From assembly GCA_049976425.1 (NCBI GenBank), contig JBMFIG010000013.1:1-40333 (forward strand): 40,333 bases of DNA. The letters run 5' to 3'. Below the pieces are notes generated by a model. The model made no database searches. It saw only the letters and a list, made by a program, of their open reading frames with translations, and was not told the origin of the DNA. Below, in pieces: positions 18,651 to 29,060 of the stretch; within the stretch, counting starts at the first letter, position 1; every line of letters starts with the position of its first letter. A program made the translations under genes and the position numbers. This DNA comes from Thermoproteus sp. Lineage in GTDB: Archaea; Thermoproteota; Thermoprotei; Thermoproteales; Thermoproteaceae.

Positions 18651-19449
18651 CCGCGTCGAGTATCCTCGTCGCGGTCAACATAAGTCTGACCACCTTGGTA
18701 GCGCCTACATCTGTGGGGTCGTTGACGGGGGAGTACTCCACTATGTCCACGGCCAACGGCCTGGCGGCTAGTAGCACGTCTATGTAGATGCCTTCCAACT
18801 CTCTGAAGCTAAGCCCTCCAGCCTCGGGCGTCCCCACGGCGGGGAACTCCGACGGATCCATGACGTCTAGGTCGAGGGACACATAGACAGGCCCCGTCGA
18901 CGTCGACAAGGCGTCTAGGATCTGGCTTCTGGAGATCCTCCTATTGCCGTCGACTATGTAGAACCCGTTTGACTTGGCATATCTAAGCTCCTCGTCGTCG
19001 AAGGCCCTTACAGCTATATATATTACATAAAGGCCGAGCTCCTCGGCGGCGCGTCTCACGAAGGTCGCGTGGGATAGCTTCTGGCCAGGCGGCCACTCGT
19101 CCCTTGTGTCCATGTGGGCGTCTATGTGCACGTAGGTCTTCGGCCGGGCTGCTCTGAGGGCCGCCAAGGTTGCTGTGTGCTCGCCGCCTATCATCACCCA
19201 AGGCGGTCCCAGATCCCTCAAAACGCGTTCTATATTTGCCAGGTTCTCGGCGGGGGCTCCCCGTAGTAGCTCCACATCGCCAACATCGCAGGGACTTTCG
19301 GCGTTGCCGAAGACCGTGTTGTACTCTAGGTAGGGCAATATCTGCCTTATCTTAGCCGGCGCGAATCTCGTGCCTGGCTTGAAGCTCAACGTATCCTCCA
19401 TGGGCACTCCGACCATTTTGACAGCATCGCTCCTACACGCCCGGATCAC
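18628..19449 (-). CDS. speB: Agmatinase (ureohydrolase family)
   Basis: [43 protein letters not shown]. Confidence 0.9.
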   Translation of the reverse strand: MIRACRSDAVKMVGVPMEDTLSFKPGTRFAPAKIRQILPYLEYNTVFGNAESPCDVGDVELLRGAPAENLANIERVLRDLGPPWVMIGGEHTATLAALRAARPKTYVHIDAHMDTRDEWPPGQKLSHATFVRRAAEELGLYVIYIAVRAFDDEELRYAKSNGFYIVDGNRRISRSQILDALSTSTGPVYVSLDLDVMDPSEFPAVGTPEAGGLSFRELEGIYIDVLLAARPLAVDIVEYSPVNDPTDVGATKVVRLMLTATRILDAVRSRGSV

Positions 19450-19501
19450 GCCGCCACGCCCGTCGGGCCTTAAATTAATTTAGCAGGCTCTTCTAGGGGC
19501 T

Positions 19502-21268
19502 ATGCAGAGGAGCGAGTTGGTCGCCGACATAGCTGTCAGAAGGGGATTCTACTGGCCTTCGTTTGAGATCTACGGCGGCGTGGGGGGTTTCTACGACTAC
19601 GGCCCCTTGGGGACTCTCACCCGCCGCAACATAGTCGAGAAATGGCGTAAGACCTTCATACTGCCGTACCAAGACATCATGATAGAGATAGAGACGCCTG
19701 TGATAATGCCGGAAGCCGTCTTCGAGGCGTCCGGACATCTTGAGCATTTTACCGACTACATAGTCACCTGCCAGAAATGCGGCAGGAAGTTCAGAACGGA
19801 TCACTTGATAGAGGAGGTGCTCTCGCAGAAGGGGATAAGGCTAAGTCTAGAGGGCCTCTCCGGAGAGCAACTTGACGAGATAATAGCTAGGTACGATATA
19901 AGGTGTCCCGCGTGCGGAGGCCCTCTCGGCAAGTCGGAGAAGTTCAACCTACTGTTCAAGACAAACATAGGGCCCTACGCCAACGAGTACGGCTATCTCA
20001 GGCCGGAGACCGCGCAAGGCATGTTCGTGGCGTTTCCTCGACTCGCCGACTATATGGGCAGAAAGGTCCCCTTCGGCGTGGCGCAGATAGGCAGGGTGGG
20101 GAGGAACGAGATCTCGCCTAGACAAGGCTTGATCAGGCTCAGGGAGTTCTCGCAGATGGAGATAGAGCTTTTCTTCGATCCCCAGAACCCCCACTGCCCG
20201 TACTTCGCCGAGGTCGAGGACATGGAGGTGCCCATAGTCCCCGAGGAGGAGGTGGCCAGAGGCAACACGGAGCCCCAATTCCTCACGGCGAGGGAGATAG
20301 TGGCCAGAGGCCACGCCAACGAGTGGATGGCTTTCTTCATGGCTCTTTCTGCCAAGTTCTTGAAGGAGCTGGGCGTGCCCCTCGAGAGGCAGAAGTTCTT
20401 GGGGAAGTTGCCGCAAGAGAGGGCGCACTACAGCGCGAAGTCCTACGACCAGATGGTCCTCACCGAGAGGTTCGGCTGGGTAGAGGTCTCGGGCCACGCA
20501 TATAGGACAGACTACGATCTGTCTAGGCACAGCAAATACAGCGGCCACGAGATGTATCTGGAGCGTAGGTTGAAGGAGGCGAGAGAGATAGAGGAGGTCA
20601 GAGTGTATCCGAACCCGAATGCGTTGAGGGAGAGATACGGCGATAGGATCGGCGAAGTGATCAAGGCAATACAGAAAAACTCGCAGACGATCGCCGCATC
20701 GTTTTCAAGCGGCGCCGAGAGAGTAGAGGTAGAGGGCTACGAGATAACGCGGGATATGGTTTTTCTGAAACGCGAGGTGAGGCGCACCGATGTGGAGAAG
20801 TTCATACCGCACGTGGTGGAGCCCTCCTTCGGGCTCGACAGGATCCTCTACGTTGTATTGGAGAGCGCGGCCGTTGTGGAGGACGATAGGAAATACCTGA
20901 GGCTCCCGCCCGACATAGCGCCGATAACCGCGTGCGTCCTGCCCATAGTCAAACGGCGTGATTATGTGGCGATAGGCGCCGATCTGGCGAGGAGGCTCTG
21001 GCGCGCCGGGATAACTGCGTTGTACGACGACGAGGGCACCATAGGTAGCAGATATGCCGAATGTGACGAGATAGGGACTCCCATAGCCGTGACCATAGAC
21101 GAGATGACCCCGAAAGACAATACTGTGACTATTAGAGATAGGGACTCACGGAGACAGATCAGAATAGATATAGGCAAGGTGGTCGACTTCGCTGTTGGGA
21201 TCAAGGCGGGGGGATCCTTCGACGAGATATCTAGGCGTCTAGGCGGCGTTCTCTTCAAAAACGCTTAA
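19502..21268 (+). CDS. glyS: Glycyl-tRNA synthetase (alpha2 type)
   Basis: IYGGVGGFYDYGPLG, ASGHLEHFTD, YLRPETAQG, RNEISPRQG, RAHYS, PHVVEPSFGLDR. Confidence 0.98.
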   Translation: MQRSELVADIAVRRGFYWPSFEIYGGVGGFYDYGPLGTLTRRNIVEKWRKTFILPYQDIMIEIETPVIMPEAVFEASGHLEHFTDYIVTCQKCGRKFRTDHLIEEVLSQKGIRLSLEGLSGEQLDEIIARYDIRCPACGGPLGKSEKFNLLFKTNIGPYANEYGYLRPETAQGMFVAFPRLADYMGRKVPFGVAQIGRVGRNEISPRQGLIRLREFSQMEIELFFDPQNPHCPYFAEVEDMEVPIVPEEEVARGNTEPQFLTAREIVARGHANEWMAFFMALSAKFLKELGVPLERQKFLGKLPQERAHYSAKSYDQMVLTERFGWVEVSGHAYRTDYDLSRHSKYSGHEMYLERRLKEAREIEEVRVYPNPNALRERYGDRIGEVIKAIQKNSQTIAASFSSGAERVEVEGYEITRDMVFLKREVRRTDVEKFIPHVVEPSFGLDRILYVVLESAAVVEDDRKYLRLPPDIAPITACVLPIVKRRDYVAIGADLARRLWRAGITALYDDEGTIGSRYAECDEIGTPIAVTIDEMTPKDNTVTIRDRDSRRQIRIDIGKVVDFAVGIKAGGSFDEISRRLGGVLFKNA

Positions 21269-21293
21269 ATAAGCGCTGGGCTATCCGTACTAT

Positions 21294-21623
21294 ATGGGCG
21301 AGATAGAGAGGGGCCGTAAGGTCCTAGTTCCGCCGTTCTTGAAGCCGCAGAAGGAGGAGAAGAAAACCCTCCGTGAGGAAAGACGGCTGAGGGCAAAGGC
21401 TACCGACGAGGTCGAGAAAGGCAGCGTCAAGATCAACAAGTCTGTTGCTGAGGAATACGGACAGCTCGAAGAGGTCGAGATAGTAGGAGGAGAGAGGAGA
21501 AGAACGTTTAAGGCGCTCGCGGACGAGAAGATCCCTCAGCAAGAGGTTTGGCTGAACCCCGAGGATCTGAGATCGCTCGGGATCGCCGAAGGCACTATAG
21601 TCACCGTGCGGAAGGCTAAATGA
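21294..21623 (+). CDS. Stand-alone double-psi beta-barrel (CDC48/VAT N-domain-like) protein
   Basis: Two internal repeats: [23 protein letters not shown] and [28 protein letters not shown]. Confidence 0.7.
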   Translation: MGEIERGRKVLVPPFLKPQKEEKKTLREERRLRAKATDEVEKGSVKINKSVAEEYGQLEEVEIVGGERRRTFKALADEKIPQQEVWLNPEDLRSLGIAEGTIVTVRKAK

Positions 21624-22168
21624 GAGGTCGCCTAAGGGGCTTAGCCGTTGTCGTAGAGGACGTCGAGGAGGCACGTAGGCTCTACAAGAGCGGGTTCTAC
21701 GGAAAGTTCTTGCTCAAGGACAAGGTGAAGCTGGAGGAGGTGGATAAGATAGAGTCGCCGTTAGTCCTATCGCTGTACGAGGCCCTATATCTCGCCGAGA
21801 GGGGCTTGCTCGATGTCTACGACGATGAGAGGAGGATAGATATTGATGAACTTAGAAAAATTGGCGAAAATAATCTAAAAAATTTTAATGAAATTTATTT
21901 AATTTATAAATATTTCAGGGATTTAGGATATATAGTTAAATCAGGTTTAAAATTCGGAGCCCTATTTTCTGTCTACGAGAAGGGACCTGGGATAGACCAC
22001 GCGCCTATGGTCGTAGTGTTTCTAGAGCCCGACCGCGGCATCAGCGCTACCGATATAGCTAGAGGCGGCCGGCTTTCCCATTCAGTCAAAAAGACGTTTA
22101 CCCTTGCGACAGTGTTAAAACCTAGCAACGAGGTGGCGTTGATAGGGTTTAGGTGGGCTAAGCTCTAG
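21620..22168 (+). CDS. endA: tRNA-intron endonuclease, catalytic alpha subunit
   Basis: GFYGK...[13 protein letters not shown] (crenarchaeal-specific loop), KSGLKFG, catalytic Y/H/K in [11 protein letters not shown] and RLSHSVKK. Confidence 0.96.
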   Translation: MRGRLRGLAVVVEDVEEARRLYKSGFYGKFLLKDKVKLEEVDKIESPLVLSLYEALYLAERGLLDVYDDERRIDIDELRKIGENNLKNFNEIYLIYKYFRDLGYIVKSGLKFGALFSVYEKGPGIDHAPMVVVFLEPDRGISATDIARGGRLSHSVKKTFTLATVLKPSNEVALIGFRWAKL

Positions 22169-22548
22169 TCTATCTTCAACTCGGCGGTCCCCACCTCCCC
22201 AGCCTTTATCGCGGATATCTGGAGCACGCCGTCTTTATATATAGCCCTTGCGCTGTCCACCCTTAGCCTAAACGGCAGCTCTATACGTCTCTGTACGGGG
22301 AAGTTGGCCACCCTCTCCCTAACGACGGCGCGGCCAGGTATGTCGGAGTTGGGCAAGGCCGTTATCTCAACGGCGTGTTCGAATAGCTTGACCTTTATCG
22401 AGTCTTTCCGGAAGCCGGGTAAGTCTATCATTATCAGTAGGTTCTCGCCTTGTTCGTATATATCGATATCGGGCTCGCGCTCTATCTTGCCTACGTTAGT
22501 TGCGTAGAGCTCTTTCAACCCTTCTTCTATCTTTTTTATAGGTTCCAT
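22165..22548 (-). CDS. Small heat shock protein (Hsp20/alpha-crystallin)
   Basis: [29 protein letters not shown]. Confidence 0.92.
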   Translation of the reverse strand: MEPIKKIEEGLKELYATNVGKIEREPDIDIYEQGENLLIMIDLPGFRKDSIKVKLFEHAVEITALPNSDIPGRAVVRERVANFPVQRRIELPFRLRVDSARAIYKDGVLQISAIKAGEVGTAELKID

Positions 22549-22617
22549 ATAGATTTAAGGGAGATCCTCTAAATTGGACCCTTTAAGCAATCGAGATATT
22601 TGAAAAGTATCCCTGTA

Positions 22618-22860
22618 TTATTTCTTCTGCTTCTGCGGCTTCACCTCGCCCACGATTTGGCCGTACATGTTTATCGGAAATTGATATCCGCATTTGGGAC
22701 ACGCTATGCTGAAGCCCATGTTGTACCAACTCTCCCCTATCTCTACCTCGAATACGTGCCCGCATTTGGGACATTTCGCCTTGACCTTCAAGGTGCGCTC
22801 AGGTACGCCGCCCGCATACTCCCAATCCTCAGGGAAATTCCACTCTTCTCCCTCCGACAT
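22618..22860 (-). CDS. Small Zn-ribbon protein
   Basis: Two CPKCG motifs. ATG 22860 lies about 20 nt after TTTAAAAA. Confidence 0.8.
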   Translation of the reverse strand: MSEGEEWNFPEDWEYAGGVPERTLKVKAKCPKCGHVFEVEIGESWYNMGFSIACPKCGYQFPINMYGQIVGEVKPQKQKK

Positions 22861-22930
22861 GGCAAACCCCCTAGACATGTTTTTTAAAGGTTATCGGACG
22901 ACGGGTTTTAATAGAGGACGAAGAGGGCAC

Positions 22931-24202
22931 GTGTCGCTTTCTAGCTACGTGGAGGGGCTGGAGGACCTTCGGACGTACGACCCGCCGTATGAGGGATTCC
23001 GGATAGCGCGGATACTTAAGGAGACGGAGGGCTCGGCAACGCCGTATTTCAAGGAGGTGGGGCCCGGCATGGACGGCGTCGGCAATCTGGTCGATAGGAG
23101 ATCTAAACTTTTGAAGATCCTAGGCGCCCGCGACGACGAGGAGGCGTACAAGGCCCTCCTCTCCGCCGAGGACGCCCCGGGCAAGCTCGACGTGGTCGGC
23201 GCTTGGGTCGACGAATATAGGACTATCGACACGTTGCGCAAGCTTCCTCTGGTAAAGTACTACGAAAAAGAAGCCGCTCCGTACATCACCTCTGCGGTTA
23301 TCATAGCTAGAGCGCCAGATGGGGCCTACAACGCCTCTATACATAGATTCACTCCTATAGGCGACGACAAAGCCGTCGTTAGGCTGGTCCCGCGACACTT
23401 ATACACCATATACCACAAATGGCGCGATATGGGGAAGGACACCCCTGTGGCTGTGGTATGGGGGACGCACCCAGCGGTCTTGTTGTCGGCGGCATCGTCG
23501 CCCCCCTACGGCGTCTTCGAGCTCGCCGTGGCCGCCCGCCTTATGAACGGCTTAAAGGTCGTCGAATTGGACAACGGGACGTATGCCCCATATCTGGCGA
23601 CGGTGATCATGGAGGGCTATATAACGGGCCAACTAGCCGATGAGGGGCCCTATGTGGATGTCGTGGGCACTTATGACGTAGTCAGAAAACAGCCCGTGAT
23701 AAAGATAGAGCGTATATACGTTCTCAGGAGCTCGCCTATAGTTAACTATCTACTGCCGGCCGGCCTGGAGCACCAGCTGTTGATGGGCTTCGAGAGGGAG
23801 GCCAAGATATGGCGTGCTGTATCCTCGGTGGTCCCCAAGGTTGTCAAGGTAAGGCTTACGCGAGGCGGCTTCGGCTGGATGCATGCGGTGATCTCCATAA
23901 AGAAGAACGTGGAAGGCGACGCCAAGAACGCCGCCCTCGCGGCGTTCGCGGCGCACCCCAGCTTGAAACACGTGGTGGTGGTCGACGAGGATATAGATCC
24001 GGACGATCCGCGAGACGTGGAGTGGGCCTTGGCCACGCGCTTCCGCGCAGACAGGGGGCTGTTCGTGATACCCTATGCGCGCGGCTCCACGCTCGATCCG
24101 ATGGCCCTCAACGAGGAGGGCTTGACCTACAAGGTAGGCGTCGACGCCACGCGGCCGCTGGACAAAGATCCGCGTATGTTCGAGAAGGCGAGAATACCAT
24201 GA
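22931..24202 (+). CDS. UbiD-family decarboxylase, probably anhydromevalonate phosphate decarboxylase
   Basis: YNASIHR, VPRHL, DEGPY, KHVVVVDEDID, VEWALATRF, GSTLDP, KVGVDAT. Operonic with both aconitase X subunits. Confidence 0.88.
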   Translation: MSLSSYVEGLEDLRTYDPPYEGFRIARILKETEGSATPYFKEVGPGMDGVGNLVDRRSKLLKILGARDDEEAYKALLSAEDAPGKLDVVGAWVDEYRTIDTLRKLPLVKYYEKEAAPYITSAVIIARAPDGAYNASIHRFTPIGDDKAVVRLVPRHLYTIYHKWRDMGKDTPVAVVWGTHPAVLLSAASSPPYGVFELAVAARLMNGLKVVELDNGTYAPYLATVIMEGYITGQLADEGPYVDVVGTYDVVRKQPVIKIERIYVLRSSPIVNYLLPAGLEHQLLMGFEREAKIWRAVSSVVPKVVKVRLTRGGFGWMHAVISIKKNVEGDAKNAALAAFAAHPSLKHVVVVDEDIDPDDPRDVEWALATRFRADRGLFVIPYARGSTLDPMALNEEGLTYKVGVDATRPLDKDPRMFEKARIP

Positions 24203-25311
24203 TAGAGGCCGCGGAGGCCGTCCGCAAGATAGCGGATGCGGTCTCAGGAGGCGAGGTCGTCGACGTTGAGACAGCGCACGTGTCGGGCGTATCCTATCTC
24301 ACCTTGGGCGAGTACGGCGTGAGGTTCATAGAGGAGCTGGCCGCGTCGGGAGCCAGAGTCAAGGTCTTCACCACGTCGAATCCCCCCGGAATTGATCTGC
24401 ACTCGTTGCTGGAGGTGCCGCGCGAGTTCGTGACGGGCCAGCGGAGGGTTATAGACGCTTTCCTCAAGATGGGCATTTCGCCTATCTCTACATGCGCGCC
24501 CTACGAGTTCTTGAGGGTTAGGCCGGGCACCGTCCACGCGTGGGCTGAGTCGAACGCCATAACGTACATCAACACGTTTAGGGATGCTTGGTCGGACAAG
24601 AACCCCGGCCCGCTTGCCTTGTTGTCGGCTATAGCGGGCTTCGTGCCTAAGACCGAGATGTATACCTTAGAGGGCAGGCGCCCGACGGCGGAAGTGCGCG
24701 CGGAGGTTACGGCAGATCCCCTGAAAGCCGGCCTAATAGGGGCCTTCATAGGCGAAACGCTGGGCTCGGGCATCCCGTACATCTCGGGCCTGGCGCTAGA
24801 CGGCGAGGAGGCCCGCCGTGAGTTCGCCGCCGCTCTCTCTACCTACTCCTCCATAATCTTCGCCGTGCTGGAAGGCATCACGCCGAACTGGAGGCTGTAT
24901 CTAGCTGAGGCCGACTTCAGAGATAAGATAGCCATAGCCGAGGAGGATTTATCGAAATATCTTAAAGATATGGATAATCCAGATGTGATATATCTAGGTT
25001 GTCCTCATTTAGATATAGATACTTTACTTAAATTATCTAAGATAATATTTGAAAGAGGTCGGGCAAAGAGGCCCGTCTACATATCGACATCGCCTGGCGT
25101 GTACGGCGCCCTGAAGGATCTAGTGAATAGACTGAAGGAGTATAACGTGTACGTCTTTGCAGGCTCTTGCCTCGTCGTATCCCCCTATACGAGGAAATTT
25201 AGAGCCGTGGCGACAGACTCCATGAAGTCCATCTACTACATACCGAGGCTTCACGGGGTGAAGACAATACCTTGCGAGACCATCAAGTGCCTCGACTATG
25301 CCTACGCTTAG
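24199..25311 (+). CDS. Aconitase X subunit 1 / phosphomevalonate dehydratase large subunit
   Basis: AHVSGVSY, TSNP, TCAPY, AWAESNA, YLGCPH, SCLVVSP, ATDS.K. ATGA overlap with the UbiD gene. Confidence 0.9.
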   Translation: MIEAAEAVRKIADAVSGGEVVDVETAHVSGVSYLTLGEYGVRFIEELAASGARVKVFTTSNPPGIDLHSLLEVPREFVTGQRRVIDAFLKMGISPISTCAPYEFLRVRPGTVHAWAESNAITYINTFRDAWSDKNPGPLALLSAIAGFVPKTEMYTLEGRRPTAEVRAEVTADPLKAGLIGAFIGETLGSGIPYISGLALDGEEARREFAAALSTYSSIIFAVLEGITPNWRLYLAEADFRDKIAIAEEDLSKYLKDMDNPDVIYLGCPHLDIDTLLKLSKIIFERGRAKRPVYISTSPGVYGALKDLVNRLKEYNVYVFAGSCLVVSPYTRKFRAVATDSMKSIYYIPRLHGVKTIPCETIKCLDYAYA

Positions 25312-25654
25312 GCCGATAGTGAAAGGGGCTGGAGTCGTACGGACCGAGGTGGTGAGGCTTGGCCCTATATCGTTCCTCGGCGATCTGAACCCAGAAAGCG
25401 GCGAGATCTCGGGCGTCAAGATCTCGGGCAAGATCCTCGCTGTGCCCTACGTGAGGGGCTCCACCGTCGGGCCCTACGTGCTCTGGCATGCGGCGGCTAG
25501 AGGCAATGCGCCGCTCGCCATAGTGGCGAAGTCCGTAGATTTGATGCTGATAACTGCGTCGGTTCTGGCAGACGTGCCGCTGTTCCAGGGCGAGTTGTCC
25601 GAGGAATGTATCGAGATAGATCTCTCGACAGGCCGCTATGAGCGCTGTCGATAG
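25298..25654 (+). CDS. Aconitase X swivel subunit / phosphomevalonate dehydratase small subunit (DUF126)
   Basis: PISFLGDLNPESG, RGSTVGPYVL, GNAPLAIV. Confidence 0.9.
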   Translation: MPTLRPIVKGAGVVRTEVVRLGPISFLGDLNPESGEISGVKISGKILAVPYVRGSTVGPYVLWHAAARGNAPLAIVAKSVDLMLITASVLADVPLFQGELSEECIEIDLSTGRYERCR

Positions 25655-25934
25655 GAAAAAGCTGTTGTCCGAAATAGCGCTTTATATATTGGAGGAGCTG
25701 GCGCTCAGAGGAGGTAGGGCCAGGGCTAAATATCTGCGCTCCTATAGGGCACTAGAGTTCTGGGCGGGAGAGGACGTAGCGCACGACGTAGTTAAGAGGC
25801 TTGCCGAAGGGGGATATATAAAACTAGAACAAGGCGATGTTATAGTATTAACAAAAGAGATATCAACAAAAAGAACTATTAAAGAAATAGAGAGATTATC
25901 GTTATCTATTGCAAAATCTCTTTATAAAATCTAG
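25638..25934 (+). CDS. Winged-helix-like small protein
   Basis: DVVKRLAEGGYIKLEQGDVIVLT recognition helix and wing pattern. Confidence 0.65.
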   Translation: MSAVDRKKLLSEIALYILEELALRGGRARAKYLRSYRALEFWAGEDVAHDVVKRLAEGGYIKLEQGDVIVLTKEISTKRTIKEIERLSLSIAKSLYKI

Positions 25935-26645
25935 GAATTCCTTCGGGACGGCGTAGGATCTGTCCCCATACAGCACGACCCTTCCGGCCAGCCAGAGCAA
26001 CGTATCTATATGGAGCGGCGGCACGCCGCTTCTCTCCGCTATCTCGCTCCAGATTCTCTGGATCTCTTCCCGTCTTCTCAAAGCCTCCTCCGGGCCAGCC
26101 TTTATTAGGCCGAGGCACGCAGTTAGCCTAGCTACTCTGTAGTCCACGGGGATAGGTATATCGTTGGGCAGAGCCCTATCAACGCCTCTGCAACACATAT
26201 AGACATAGTTCAACATCTTCACCGTAAATACGACCGTCTTGGCCTCGCCGTCAGATCCCAGCAGGCGGGCTAGATCTCTCCACGTCTTGGAGAGATCGAT
26301 TATATCGGGGTCGTAGTTACATACCTTTCTTATTCTCTTAATTCTAATATCTCTACCTATTGCTAAATAGGGACTTGTCTTTATATATTGTATGAATTCT
26401 TCGCAGATATCGTTTCCTTTTCTTCTGGAGAAGAAATCTGCGAAATAATGCCAGTGCTCCTCTCCTTTGCCTGTGAGCCTATAGCTGATCAGGGCATTCA
26501 TCATGACGAGCCGCGCCGTATCTGGCTCGCCCCTATTGCCGCAGAGACGGCATACTGACTTATACTGGGGATCCTCTTTCTCCAGATCGAGGATAGCCTT
26601 AAGCCCTATTTTCCTCAACAGCAGCGCTATCTCTTCTGCGGCCAT
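25902..26645 (-). CDS. Archaeal 8-oxoguanine N-glycosylase/DNA lyase (AGOG)
   Basis: DPQY, NALISYRLTGKGEEHW, KTVVFTVKM, IPIPVDYRV, PPLHIDTLLW. Confidence 0.93.
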   Translation of the reverse strand: MAAEEIALLLRKIGLKAILDLEKEDPQYKSVCRLCGNRGEPDTARLVMMNALISYRLTGKGEEHWHYFADFFSRRKGNDICEEFIQYIKTSPYLAIGRDIRIKRIRKVCNYDPDIIDLSKTWRDLARLLGSDGEAKTVVFTVKMLNYVYMCCRGVDRALPNDIPIPVDYRVARLTACLGLIKAGPEEALRRREEIQRIWSEIAERSGVPPLHIDTLLWLAGRVVLYGDRSYAVPKEFLDFIKRFCNR

Positions 26646-27648
26646 ATTGTACCGGGTTCTTCACTCCGCATCCCAGGTTGGTAGGGCAGAGGCCCCAGGA
26701 GTTCATGGTCTCGCAACTGGGCACCGAGTACTCCTTCCTGCCGCCGGCCTGCCCCGCTATATGTTGCACCTGGTACCGCGTGATCTTCTCGTTGAAGTCG
26801 GGGACCGATCTAAAGAGGTCGACTATGCGGTCGACGTCCCACCCTCGTTTTAACAAATAGGTGGTTATCGCGAAACGAGCCACGTGCGGGAGGTTCTCGC
26901 CGCGTCTCAACGCTTCAAGAATAGCGGCCATACAAGGCGGCGTCTCGCCCGTGGGCGAGGCCTTGACGGCGATGGGCCTATAGGATCTCAACTTTTCTAG
27001 GAGGGCAGATATCTTATCCACCTTGCTTAGGACGCCCGCTATATACCCGACGTCCTCCCTGGAGGCGAGCCTCAGTATTTTCGCCTCGTACGCCTCTTCC
27101 AAGATCCTCTCGAAATCGTCTATACGTAGAAGGACCCAGCCCCTCACCACGGGCCTATTTATCATAGACCAATCGGGATCTTGTGGCGCATATCTCAGGT
27201 AGTAGATCCATTTAATCGCTAGGGGGTGAGTTACGGCGAGTACAGAGCCCTTGATTATGTTATGTGTGAGGGCGGTCTCCACGCCCAGATCGGCGGCTAT
27301 TTCGGCTTTACATTCAAACGATTGGATGCCCGGCGTGTTCCTGATCCTGAAAGTGAATATCTTGCTTTGGGAGTCCGCGAATCTCCTCAACACGTACGAG
27401 TTTGTCGAGGCCGCGACGATGTAGACTGCCAGTCTAGCCGCGGCTGCCTCAAGTTCTTGGTTCGAGGAGCACGGAGCGGGCTTACCCTTGCGAAGAGAGT
27501 TCTCGACTATTTGTATAGCTCTCTCCGTAATAGCCTCAGACGCCAAGGCGTTCTCGAGCGTGAGTCCGCGAGAGTATAAATACTCCCCCGACTTGTCAAG
27601 GTAGGGGAAGAGACACGCGAGCTCCTGCGATGTGGCGTGACAAGACAC
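26599..27648 (-). CDS. priL: DNA primase large subunit
   Basis: LFPYL, PPCM, GENLPHVARF, PDFNEKITRYQVQHIAG, YSVPSC, GLCP..C..KNP (Fe-S Cys). Confidence 0.95.
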   Translation of the reverse strand: MSCHATSQELACLFPYLDKSGEYLYSRGLTLENALASEAITERAIQIVENSLRKGKPAPCSSNQELEAAAARLAVYIVAASTNSYVLRRFADSQSKIFTFRIRNTPGIQSFECKAEIAADLGVETALTHNIIKGSVLAVTHPLAIKWIYYLRYAPQDPDWSMINRPVVRGWVLLRIDDFERILEEAYEAKILRLASREDVGYIAGVLSKVDKISALLEKLRSYRPIAVKASPTGETPPCMAAILEALRRGENLPHVARFAITTYLLKRGWDVDRIVDLFRSVPDFNEKITRYQVQHIAGQAGGRKEYSVPSCETMNSWGLCPTNLGCGVKNPVQYGRRRDSAAVEENRA

Positions 27649-27745
27649 TGAAATGTACGCTTCTCAAAAATAAAAAACTGAGGGCCAGCCGACCCGCTCT
27701 TGGGCATAGGCCTTAAGGCTAAAAAGACGATGTACCGTATATTAC

Positions 27746-29059
27746 GTGAGGACTTACTCCATGGAGCCAGGCGATATCTTCAGGGTTGAGGGCCCTGCGA
27801 AGATAGATGTATTGGAAGGCGCCATATACGCGGTCGGGGCGCTCTACACGAGCGGGAGTCACTTCACAGTATTGAGGGCCAGAAGACTTGCATTTAAGGC
27901 TGTTGACAAGGCCAAGATAAGCGTCGTGTTGGGCCCCAACGCGGTCTTGGAGCGCGCAAGGCCCGAGGAGGAGGTTCTCGACGAGTGGGAATCTGCGGCG
28001 TCTAGCGTGGATCTAAACGGCGTCACTGTGGTTATTGGCGCCATCGACGTGGGTAAGTCGACGATGACTGCTGTGTTGGCCAATAAGGCCCTCTCGCGCG
28101 GCCTCAGAGTAGCCGTAATCGATGCCGACGTCGGCCAGAACGACATAGGCCCTCCAACTACCATATCTGCCAGTAGAATCATCAAGCCCATCACGAGTCT
28201 GAGGCAGATCCAAGCCGAGAAGTCTGTGTTCATGCAGTCGACGAGCCTCGAGAGGATATGGCCGCGGGCGGTGGAGGCCATAGGCAAGTTAGTGCTCTAC
28301 GCGCGCCAGGCGTGGTCGGCCGACGCTGTTATAGTAAACACAGACGGCTGGATCTCCGGCGAGGAGGCCGAGGAGTACAAGAAAACCCTATTGGCGAAGA
28401 TCAAACCCAATAACGTAGTCGCCATCAAGATCGGCAACGAGCTCGACGGAATATTGGCGAATTTCTCGAACGTGGTGTTCGTGAGGCCCCCGCCTGCCGT
28501 TGGGACTAGGACAAAGGAGGATAGGAAGATACATAGAGAGATGAGCTACGCGCGGTTTATATTCCCCGTGAGGGAGGTGTCGGTCGATTTGAACAAAACG
28601 CCCTTATGTAACATAGGCCTCTTCAAGGGGCTCGACCTAGAGGGCGAGTTCAAGGCCATGCTGTCGCGTGCCATCAATGCGAAGATTACCTACGCCAACC
28701 AATTAGGCTCGGCATTGTACGTTATAGCGGATCAGTGGATCACTAGGAAACTCAACTCGTTTAAGGTCTTCGGCTTCCCCGAAGGTTTTGAGAAAGGGTT
28801 GCTTGTCGGCGTTGAGGATCGCGACGGGTTCCTGATAGGGTTAGGAGTTCTTAAGAAGATATATTACGATAGAAAGAAGGCGGTGGTGTACATGTCGTCG
28901 AGGACCGAGAAGGCTTTACAGAGAGCCGCATGTATCCGCGTCGGGTTCATACGGCTTAACGACAACTTCGAGGAGGCCGAAAGAGTGGTTCAGCTGTTGA
29001 GATATGATTTATATACATATGCTCAGAACGGCACGATGAGGGGAGCGGGCAGCGCCTGA
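27746..29059 (+). CDS. Clp1/Grc3-family polynucleotide 5'-OH kinase
   Basis: GAIDVGKST, DADVGQNDIGPP, NTDGW, R..HRE lid motif. Confidence 0.92.
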   Translation: MRTYSMEPGDIFRVEGPAKIDVLEGAIYAVGALYTSGSHFTVLRARRLAFKAVDKAKISVVLGPNAVLERARPEEEVLDEWESAASSVDLNGVTVVIGAIDVGKSTMTAVLANKALSRGLRVAVIDADVGQNDIGPPTTISASRIIKPITSLRQIQAEKSVFMQSTSLERIWPRAVEAIGKLVLYARQAWSADAVIVNTDGWISGEEAEEYKKTLLAKIKPNNVVAIKIGNELDGILANFSNVVFVRPPPAVGTRTKEDRKIHREMSYARFIFPVREVSVDLNKTPLCNIGLFKGLDLEGEFKAMLSRAINAKITYANQLGSALYVIADQWITRKLNSFKVFGFPEGFEKGLLVGVEDRDGFLIGLGVLKKIYYDRKKAVVYMSSRTEKALQRAACIRVGFIRLNDNFEEAERVVQLLRYDLYTYAQNGTMRGAGSA

Positions 29060-29060
29060 T

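Noticed and set aside
22694-22930. N-terminal extension of the UbiD ORF
   Set aside because: Antisense to the Zn-ribbon gene and spans the divergent promoter.
23809-24198. N-terminal extension of the 500-aa ORF (apparent fusion)
   Set aside because: Overlaps the UbiD gene in another frame. The true AcnX start is ATG 24199.
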